Source: Candidatus Obscuribacteraceae bacterium
Lineage (GTDB): Bacteria > Cyanobacteriota > Vampirovibrionia > Obscuribacterales > Obscuribacteraceae
NCBI GenBank assembly: GCA_044226015.1
Contig: JBGAHS010000009.1
Span: 64,001-128,000, forward strand
Reading direction: 5' to 3'
Length of the DNA stretch: 64,000 nucleotides
Shown here: in pieces, positions 18,032 to 25,121 of the stretch
Numbering within the stretch: the first letter of the stretch is position 1
Layout of the letters: every line of letters begins with the position of its first letter
The notes under the pieces: generated by a model
Databases searched by the model: none
Told to the model about the DNA's origin: nothing
The model's input: only the letters and a program-made list of their open reading frames with translations
Translations under genes and position numbers: made by a program

Positions 18032-19213
18032 CTACTTTCTCTGACCGTCTGGACCTAAAGTCATTAAAGGGACGGTAATCGTGGGCGTATCAGGGACGCG
18101 TTTATCGACTGCTTTTGCAATCTTTCGAGTGACGAAGGGCACTGGATTCTTTACTTCAACGTTTACTTCGAAATCGCCAGTACCCGGGTTGCGTTTGAAA
18201 AATAAACGCATCACTTCTGCCTGATTGTCGATTTGTCCCAATTTGCTGAGATATGCTGGTACGTCGAGGTTTACCTTTAGTCCTTTGATGTCTTTGAGTT
18301 CGGGATATTTTCCTTCTCCTATGTTGAACTCAATGGTTCCCAGTTGAATTGAGTCGAGTCGTATGCCTCCACCAACGTCAGTTTTGTCTGCAAAGGGAAT
18401 TCGAACGTCTGCAGCTCTTCGAATAACAAATTTGCTGCCGCCTTCTTTTGCAATCTCTTTTATGCCACCAACGGCTTGCTCAACTATCTCTCTGGATTGA
18501 GCGTCTAATTCAATACCAGCGGTGGTCAATCCCATTTTTATAAGTTTGACGGGATCGTCCGAACTCAGCTTCACTGGAGGCAGCTGGCGCAGAATTTCGT
18601 TTACCTTCACCACTGGTGAATCAAGTGCTATCTGAGCCCATTTTGCTTCGAACTCGTCTTCTTTTCTTGGTTTGAAAAATTGATCATAACCATTGCGGAG
18701 ACTTTCGCGGGTCTCTTTGTATGGGTCTTCGTATACATCTCCACCTGGTTTGGGATGGCACCTCATGCATTCGTAGGGATCTGGTTTTTTGATGGCTGTG
18801 CTCAACGAGTCCATCTCACGAACCTGTTTAGCTAGCTTTCGGTTCAGTTCTGCTGAACCAGGAACCAGGTCTTCGATTTGTTTGGCATATTTAGCTTGTT
18901 CTGTTAGAGTTTTTGCGCAGACATACTCTCGTCGCGCTTTTCGCAACTCATCGCGCTTTTCGGGAGACAACTCTGACTCCGCCTTGTTTCTGCGCGATAA
19001 ATTCCAGCTGATTTCTTCGCTAACAGCTAAGAATTCCTGTGTGCGAGGTTTGCCTGGCGGTCCAAATCTTGGGAATTCTCCGAACAAGTCGCCAGTATTT
19101 TTGCGTAAAACGCCTCTGTCGTTTTTGTCCAGTTCTGCCAAAATCTTGGCTAGCGCGTCATCGGCGTTTTTGTCCCCAGCGACGCCGCGATCAATAACTC
19201 TCTTATCACCCAT
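18032..19213 (-). CDS. Hypothetical protein with a charged N-terminal leader
   Basis: Long ORF, start moved to MGDKRV. Contains a single CMRCH. No signal peptide. Confidence 0.7.
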   Translation of the reverse strand: MGDKRVIDRGVAGDKNADDALAKILAELDKNDRGVLRKNTGDLFGEFPRFGPPGKPRTQEFLAVSEEISWNLSRRNKAESELSPEKRDELRKARREYVCAKTLTEQAKYAKQIEDLVPGSAELNRKLAKQVREMDSLSTAIKKPDPYECMRCHPKPGGDVYEDPYKETRESLRNGYDQFFKPRKEDEFEAKWAQIALDSPVVKVNEILRQLPPVKLSSDDPVKLIKMGLTTAGIELDAQSREIVEQAVGGIKEIAKEGGSKFVIRRAADVRIPFADKTDVGGGIRLDSIQLGTIEFNIGEGKYPELKDIKGLKVNLDVPAYLSKLGQIDNQAEVMRLFFKRNPGTGDFEVNVEVKNPVPFVTRKIAKAVDKRVPDTPTITVPLMTLGPDGQRK

Positions 19214-19376
19214 ATCAATCACCTTGATGCAGCTTGCCCACCCGACTGCCATCAACGTGAATGTCTCTATACCGATCTGTATTTTTTCTAGACAGACCAG
19301 ATGAAGGTGTGCGTAAACGCGCAACTGCAATAACGCGTATGACATGAGAGTGACAGAACAAACTGTCAGGAATTGA

Positions 19377-19757
19377 TTAGTCTTTGTCTATTTCACACTT
19401 CGGTAGTGTCTTAAACATTTTGTCTATTTGGAGAAGCGCTCCTTTAGCGCTGCGGTATTCGGGAGAGTCTTCGCCGACTGCCTCCATATCTCCTTTCTTC
19501 GTCTGTTTTTCCAGAGAGAGAACAGGCAGCTGAGCGTCGCTGCCAGTTTTGGTGAGGGAAAATACGCCCTCTGGAAAACTCGCGCTTATCACTTCTTTGC
19601 GTTGGCCTGGCTTGCCATAAACATTCAGTGTGTCTCGAGTAGCAAGAATGCCTTCTGATGATGTGATGGCGTCTACGATAGATTCAGATTCCTTATTCGC
19701 ACTGTACACCAGATCTTTTGCAACGCAGGGGCTCTGCTTTGAATGAAATTCTTCCAT
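19377..19757 (-). CDS. Small hypothetical protein, tandem paralog B
   Basis: GAGG RBS. Aligns end-to-end with 19823..20176. Confidence 0.8.
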   Translation of the reverse strand: MEEFHSKQSPCVAKDLVYSANKESESIVDAITSSEGILATRDTLNVYGKPGQRKEVISASFPEGVFSLTKTGSDAQLPVLSLEKQTKKGDMEAVGEDSPEYRSAKGALLQIDKMFKTLPKCEIDKD

Positions 19758-19822
19758 TTATGGATCCTCGAGAGCTGATGGTAACTTAGAGATTTGACTA
19801 TTGTCGAAGCCTCTGGCGACTG

Positions 19823-20176
19823 CTATTTACCCTTTATTTCGCAGTTAGGCAAAACCTTCAGCATAACATCCGTTTGTTGCAGCCCTTCCTCTGCTTTTGC
19901 ATACCTTGGATCTTGCTTGTCGATTTTGACAAAACCCCCAGTCTCCAATTTCTCAACAGTAAGTTGCGGCAGGCTCGGGTCTCCCGCTTTTGTCATCGCG
20001 TATAAACCGTCGTTTAAGTTTGTGGTTATGACCTCTTTGTGGTCAATTCCATTGGTCTCTGTTGCTTTTGCTGCGAACACAAGTCCATCGACTCTCAATG
20101 TATCCAATGCTGATTGGTGGTTTGGACCAAAATTATTGTCAATGTCTCTTGAAACGCATGCGCCTTGTCTTTCCAT
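19823..20176 (-). CDS. Small hypothetical protein, tandem paralog A
   Basis: GGAGG RBS. Shares CVxxD, KEVI, TKxG..LPxL..EK and P.Y..A...LxQxDxMxKxLPxCEI with 19377..19757. Confidence 0.8.
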   Translation of the reverse strand: MERQGACVSRDIDNNFGPNHQSALDTLRVDGLVFAAKATETNGIDHKEVITTNLNDGLYAMTKAGDPSLPQLTVEKLETGGFVKIDKQDPRYAKAEEGLQQTDVMLKVLPNCEIKGK

Positions 20177-20447
20177 AAATCGTTCCTCCCTGAGTTGGGT
20201 TTATTCTTCAATTTCCTACGTAAAATCCTCGTGACAAAATTGCTGTTTAGTTCTGCAGAGATCAATGAGCATGTAGGTAGAGATTCGTTCTATTTGATTC
20301 GATAAGATGGCACTAAGAAATCTTGAATTGCCGATCAACTCGAAAACATTATTGAGAGCTAATTCCTACTGCGTGTTAACCGCAGCGGAATTCACGCTTC
20401 TTTCACTCTGAGATTTTTAGCATCCGACCATATGACCTTCGAGGAAA

Positions 20448-21695
20448 TTGGCGATGCAAGATAATAAAGTAGAGAATGAACCCGAGAAAGCGGGTCGAGA
20501 TTCCAAAGATGATGGACGCAAAGCTCTAGTAGCGGAAGCATTTGATCCCAAGAATGCAGCAGCTTCTAAACAGGGAGATGCTAACTCGCCTCCCACTGGA
20601 TATAGCGTTATTTCGCCAGATATGTTGGATTATCTGGCGAAACATAATCCAAAAGACGCATCATTTGAAGACACTCTCAACAAGACCAACGAGCTGTTGA
20701 ACACTCCGGCGTTTGCACGTCCGCGCGCGACCGGCGCAGCCGACTCATCCCGTGAAGTGTATAACGCCGACATGAAATCTAAATTGCCAGGTCGCTTAGT
20801 TCGCTCGGAAGGACAGCCTGCAACTGGTGATGAAGAGCAGGATAAAGCATATGACTTTACAGGCTTTGTTCGGGACTTCTATCAAAAAGAATATCAACGA
20901 AATTCTATTGATGGGAAAGGAATGAAACTGCTTTCGACAGTGAACTATACCGAAAATGGAAGCAGTTTTGAGAACGCTTTTTGGAATGGCTCGCAAATGA
21001 CCTATGGTCATCCTGGTGCTAGCAGCCCATTCAAGACTTTTGTTCTTCTTGATGTTGCTGCCCATGAGATTACTCATGGAGTCACGGAAATGGAATCAAA
21101 CTTTGTCTATTACGGACAGTCTGGTGCGCTCAACGAAAGTATGTCGGACGTATTTGGCGAATTGACAGAGCAGTACGCTAAGCACACCAAAGCTCAAGAT
21201 GCTGATTGGATTATCGGCAATGGCATCTGGAAAGATGGCATTCGTGGGGTCGGTCTGCGCAACATGTTGCTTCCTGGTTCAGCTTATGATGACCCCAAGA
21301 TTGGAAAAGACAATCAGCCAGATCACATGAGCAATTATCTTGTGACGCGCAGAGACAATGGTGGCGTCCATACAAATTCCGGAATTCCTAACAGAGCATT
21401 CGCTCTCTTCGCTCGAAGTGTCGGTGGATTTGCGTGGGATGACCCGGGTCATATTTGGTTTGAAGCGCGGAAGAACTCTGGGCACAATCCAAGCTTCGCG
21501 TCATTTGCCTTCCAAACGATAGAAGCGGCGAAGAAATTGGGTCATGCTGATGAAGTCGAAAAGCTCACAAAGGCATGGTCTGATGTTGGCGTTACTCCAG
21601 CGAAGGATTCGAAAGATACAATAACGCCCTCAAAGCTTCCTTTCCCATTTCCGGTAAAAGAAGAGGATGATCGCCTGAATAAGAAAGCAGGATAG
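20448..21695 (+). CDS. Protealysin-like M4 (thermolysin family) zinc metalloprotease
   Basis: NAFWNG, HEITH (HExxH), GALNESMSD, DNGGVHTNSGIPNRAF, and a propeptide-like VISPDMLDYLA. No Sec signal. Start is TTG 20448 or ATG 20454. Confidence 0.93.
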   Translation: MAMQDNKVENEPEKAGRDSKDDGRKALVAEAFDPKNAAASKQGDANSPPTGYSVISPDMLDYLAKHNPKDASFEDTLNKTNELLNTPAFARPRATGAADSSREVYNADMKSKLPGRLVRSEGQPATGDEEQDKAYDFTGFVRDFYQKEYQRNSIDGKGMKLLSTVNYTENGSSFENAFWNGSQMTYGHPGASSPFKTFVLLDVAAHEITHGVTEMESNFVYYGQSGALNESMSDVFGELTEQYAKHTKAQDADWIIGNGIWKDGIRGVGLRNMLLPGSAYDDPKIGKDNQPDHMSNYLVTRRDNGGVHTNSGIPNRAFALFARSVGGFAWDDPGHIWFEARKNSGHNPSFASFAFQTIEAAKKLGHADEVEKLTKAWSDVGVTPAKDSKDTITPSKLPFPFPVKEEDDRLNKKAG

Positions 21696-21725
21696 ATTTC
21701 TTAGCTTGAAATGAAAGAGATCCAG

Positions 21726-21759
21726 TGGAAGGCAGGCACCGCACCGTGTCTGCCTTCCA
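21726..21759 (+). terminator. Strong hairpin after the protease gene
   Basis: TGGAAGGCAGGCAC-CGCACC-GTGTCTGCCTTCCA. The U-tract is weak. Confidence 0.6.
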
Positions 21760-21809
21760 TTCTATTTGGATGGAGAAGAGGAACAAGTCGTCCTGCTGAG
21801 CGCAGAGAA

Positions 21810-21881
21810 CCAGAAAACCTTCCAGAAAACCTTCCGGAAAACCTTCCGGAAAACCTTCCGGAAAACCTTCCGGAAAACCCT
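21810..21881. repeat. 12-bp tandem repeat x6 (CCRGAAAACCTT)
   Basis: Read directly: 2x CCAGAAAACCTT, 3x CCGGAAAACCTT and 1x CCGGAAAACCCT. Confidence 0.95.
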
Positions 21882-21933
21882 TTCACTTCAGCAAACCGCG
21901 AAGTAAATTTCACACTGTAAAAATGCTCAAAAC

Positions 21934-21971
21934 AAAGCGAGGCCGCCTTTCGGCGACCTCAAGCTTTTTTT
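21934..21971. terminator. Intrinsic terminator after pilin-like gene copy 2
   Basis: AAAGCGAGGCCGCC-TTTC-GGCGACCTCAAGCTTTTTTT. It pairs better on the minus strand (G-U pair, GAAA loop). Confidence 0.75.
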
Positions 21972-22001
21972 CACCACTACTTCGCGGTATAAGTCTTTGA
22001 A

Positions 22002-22502
22002 TTAGCTGAACAAGTTAGCATCACGAGCTGATGCAACGAGCCAGTTGATACATCCTGGGGTTGCGAGACCGCCAGTTACACCTGCAGCTCCCCAGAGAAC
22101 GCGCTTCATAGCGTCTTGAGTTCCAGCTGCCATGTGCATGAAGCCCATGATCATGGTAGGACCGCCCCAAGCGATACCGAGGATTTCCATACCGTTAGCG
22201 ATAATGTTGAGCAAAGCTTCCAAGTTAGCCAAGTTGTTTACGCGGACTGTGCCTGCGGTGTTTACACCCTGGATTACTGTAGCGTCAGCGCCTTGTGGTC
22301 CGATTGTACCGTTGGTAGCACCCTGGAGCATTGGAGCTGCTGCGCTTCCACCTTGCATTGTTTGTGAGCCGGTGTAGTTGCCGGTGTTCTGTGTTTGGTT
22401 ACCAGTTGCTGCTGTCGAATCGAAAGCGTCTTGTGCAAATGCTGGTGTGGAGAGCGCGAGAAGTGTTCCAGCTACGAGTGTTGTCTTAACTAGGTTACGC
22501 AT
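22002..22502 (-). CDS. Secreted VirB2/TrbC-pilin-like protein, copy 2
   Basis: Start MRNLVK with a GGAGG RBS. The mature 143 aa differ from copy 1 at only 5 positions. Confidence 0.6.
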   Translation of the reverse strand: MRNLVKTTLVAGTLLALSTPAFAQDAFDSTAATGNQTQNTGNYTGSQTMQGGSAAAPMLQGATNGTIGPQGADATVIQGVNTAGTVRVNNLANLEALLNIIANGMEILGIAWGGPTMIMGFMHMAAGTQDAMKRVLWGAAGVTGGLATPGCINWLVASARDANLFS

Positions 22503-22575
22503 AACGGTGCCCTCCATGGGTGGCAAGATGAATTTAAGTAGTAAGTTTGTTTTGAAGTTTTTCGAAGCGGTTGCT

Positions 22576-22738
22576 TTCGATGCAACAATACTATGACTGT
22601 CCGGAACCAAAGTAAATATGACTTAGGTCATGGCAGGGTCATGGTTGGAGCCATGATGATCAGCATGTTTGAAAACGAAAATCTTGAAAATAGGACGTTT
22701 TGGGGATCTCAGTAGCGTCACCATGACTAAGGTCATGG
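22576..22738 (-). promoter_or_regulatory. Putative promoter/operator region of pilin-like copy 2
   Basis: Minus-strand TCATAGTATT-N4-CATCGAA at 22576-22596. GGTCA at 22626 and 22637 (11-bp period). Palindromes ATGAC-N4-GTCAT (22618-31) and CCATGAC-N4-GTCATGG (22721-38). Confidence 0.55.
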
Positions 22739-22745
22739 GTGAGAT

Positions 22746-22885
22746 CATGACCTTCGGCGGTGGCGTGACTGACGATGCATCCACGACCTTCGGCGATGGG
22801 CGTGACTGACGATGCATCCACGACCTTCGGCGGTGGCGTTACTGACCAAGCATCCACGACCTTGCACATTGCGGCGAAGGTCATG
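22746..22885. repeat. Three 36/37-bp GC-rich tandem repeats enclosed by 11-bp inverted repeats
   Basis: GACCTTCGGCGGTGGCGTGACTGACGATGCATCCAC-like units start at 22749, 22785 and 22822. CATGACCTTCG (22746-56) is the reverse complement of CGAAGGTCATG (22875-85). Confidence 0.9.
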
Positions 22886-22946
22886 CGTTAGCGGCGAGGA
22901 CGCTTCCTGCCGTGGCAACAGGTATAGCCGCCCTTGTTGCCTGCAG

Positions 22947-24830
22947 CTAACTCACATGGACGCGTGGACGCCGTTTGGGGTTCGGCTCTGCAGAGCGCAG
23001 TATCTCTCGGGTGAGAGGTGCGGTTTCACCCTCTCCGAATATGATGTATTTGATGACGTAACCGAGAGGGTGACCTTCCGTCCATCCGAAGTAGGCGTGC
23101 GGGGTCTGGGACGTGTCGTCGCGCAGCTTCAAGAGCAAAGCTGCGATGGCATTGGGGACGCTGGGACTGGTACATCGCCAGATTCTGTACCCGTCTTTTT
23201 CGACTCCAGTTATGTCCAGCGTGTCATCAATAAATGCAGAGGGATCTCCCGGGGTCACTTCAAGGAAAATGAAGTTGCCTTCTTGTCGCTGGATGCTATG
23301 AATCTCCCTAGCCTCTTCCTCTTTGAGCTGATAGTTCGTTCCGCCAGGGCGATGCGCCAATAAGCGAATCTCGCCCTGAAACTGTTTTCGGGTTTCTTCT
23401 AGAAACTCTTGAGCTTTGGCATCGAGCTTGACGTCCATGACGCGCAATTCGGTTGAACGAAAACAGCGGGAGAGGAACGAAATTCCGATGATTATCATTA
23501 TGAAGATGCTTGCAACGTGCAAACCTTCGGGGCGGCTAATTATGTTATTTACAGTGGTGTATGAAAAGAGGAGTGTGATCGCTGCAAAAGCAAAGCGCTG
23601 AAATGGCTGCTTCCATACAGCCAAAGTTGCTGCCAGAGCTGCTGAGCTCATGAGGACTAAAAGTCCTGTTGCAAAAGCACCAGCCTGAGCGTCTACATCT
23701 GCTTTGAAATAAAGAACGACGCTGAACGAAATTATTGTAATTAAAAGAACCAGCGGACGGAGGCTCGCAACCCAACTGGGTGCCATGCCAAAGCCTGGTA
23801 AATATCGCGGAATGAGGTTGAGAAGACCAGCCATAGCTGAGGCTCCAGCAAACCATAAGATCAGTAGGGTACTGATATCGTATATGGTGCCAAATTGATC
23901 TCCCAAGAGTTGGTGCGCAAGAAAAGCCAGGGCTCGACCGTTCGCTTTGCCCTGGTCTGCAAATTCTGCCGGCGGAATCAGCATAGTTGTCGTGATCGAA
24001 CTGGTCAGCAAAAAGAAAGCCATAATCAACGCAGCCGTTAGAAGTAGCTTCTTTGTGTTTTTAATTCGTCCTTGAGGTGCCTCTTCCGTGTCGCTTTCAA
24101 ATCCTCTTACATGTGGCATTACTGCCACGCCTGTTTCAAATCCTGACATGCCTAATGCAAGTTTTGGAAATGTTAGCGCTGAAACAAATGCTATCTCCGC
24201 TACTGAGTGATGAGCCGCAAATATCGATTGATACCAATTCGTTAAGTACAATGGCTGGTTGAAGATCTGCTGAAATGAAACGCCTAAGACCACGAGTGTA
24301 AGCCCTAGATAGCTCCACACTAAAATGACGCCGATCCAAATTGCGTCGCGGAATCCCTTCAAGAAAATTCCACCGAGAAGTGTTACTAATGATAGAGAGA
24401 GAATTATTTGATGCCGCAGCCATACTGGTGTCCAAGGATTATCCACAACGTGCTTGGCTGCATCTGAAGAGCAAAGCGTTATAGTCATAATGAAATCTGT
24501 TGCGGCAAAACCAAGCAGGCACAATACCAGCAGCTTGCCCCACCATCGTGGCAGGAGATCTTGCAATATAGCAATACTGCCTTGCCCATGTGGACTTAGC
24601 TCAGCTACTTTTGCGTACATCGGATAGGCGCCAAAAATGTTCAACAAAACAAGTAAGAAAGTTGCTGTGGGCGAAAGCGCGCCAGCATATACGAAAGCCA
24701 TTGCGGGGGCGAAGCCGAGAGACGAAAAGTAGTCAACCCCTGTGAGGCACATTACGTTAAGCCAGTGGTCTTGTTGATGACCTTTTGCACTCGAGTCGAC
24801 TCTCTCGAAAAACCACTTTTGTAAACTCAT
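22947..24830 (-). CDS. APC-superfamily permease with a cytoplasmic C-terminal domain (KimA-like, possibly K+ uptake)
   Basis: About 12 TM segments, with motifs MCLTGVDYFSSLG, SPHGQGSI, FPKLALGMSGFETGV and ASAMAGLLNLIPRYLP, and a soluble C-terminal tail. Confidence 0.85.
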   Translation of the reverse strand: MSLQKWFFERVDSSAKGHQQDHWLNVMCLTGVDYFSSLGFAPAMAFVYAGALSPTATFLLVLLNIFGAYPMYAKVAELSPHGQGSIAILQDLLPRWWGKLLVLCLLGFAATDFIMTITLCSSDAAKHVVDNPWTPVWLRHQIILSLSLVTLLGGIFLKGFRDAIWIGVILVWSYLGLTLVVLGVSFQQIFNQPLYLTNWYQSIFAAHHSVAEIAFVSALTFPKLALGMSGFETGVAVMPHVRGFESDTEEAPQGRIKNTKKLLLTAALIMAFFLLTSSITTTMLIPPAEFADQGKANGRALAFLAHQLLGDQFGTIYDISTLLILWFAGASAMAGLLNLIPRYLPGFGMAPSWVASLRPLVLLITIISFSVVLYFKADVDAQAGAFATGLLVLMSSAALAATLAVWKQPFQRFAFAAITLLFSYTTVNNIISRPEGLHVASIFIMIIIGISFLSRCFRSTELRVMDVKLDAKAQEFLEETRKQFQGEIRLLAHRPGGTNYQLKEEEAREIHSIQRQEGNFIFLEVTPGDPSAFIDDTLDITGVEKDGYRIWRCTSPSVPNAIAALLLKLRDDTSQTPHAYFGWTEGHPLGYVIKYIIFGEGETAPLTREILRSAEPNPKRRPRVHVS

Positions 24831-25045
24831 GGCGCCTTTCTTTTATTGCAGTATCGGGGTCAATGCTCCACCTTTTAATCCTTGATGGCAATAAAGAAAG
24901 CATCAAAACAATCATTTTTGATATCAAAATTAGCTCAAGCATACATTTCAAGCGGAGTCATGACAATCGAAGCAGCGAATTTTTTCGGAACTCAAAATTG
25001 AAGCTCCGCTTCTGGCATCTATGGTCTCAGTTTCGCTCAACGAAA

Positions 25046-25071
25046 GAGGAATGCGATTTAACGCATTCCTC
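25046..25071 (-). terminator. Intrinsic terminator after the giant Gly-rich gene
   Basis: GAGGAATGCG-ATTTAA-CGCATTCCTC hairpin followed by TTT on the minus strand. Confidence 0.65.
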
Positions 25072-25121
25072 CTTTGAAAATCTCAAACTAGCTTACACAT
25101 TGTTTTCTGGCAATGGATGCT

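Noticed and set aside
12223..19791. ACTTAGAG word near the starts of several orphan genes as a shared promoter motif
   Set aside because: There are only three occurrences, with inconsistent orientation relative to the genes, and two partly overlap RBS-like sequence. It cannot be told from chance.
21701..21920. ORFs encoding (ENLP)n or (GRFS)n
   Set aside because: These are open frames created by a stop-free 12-bp repeat. They span terminator hairpins and lack a convincing RBS.
14545..22502. The two pilin-like copies as direct repeats bounding a mobile or amplified segment
   Set aside because: The DNA is extensively diverged at synonymous sites, similarity is confined to the coding region and promoter motif, and no recombinase is present.
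22749..22863. 36-bp repeats as a CRISPR array
   Set aside because: The units are directly adjacent with no unique spacers, and no cas genes are in the window.
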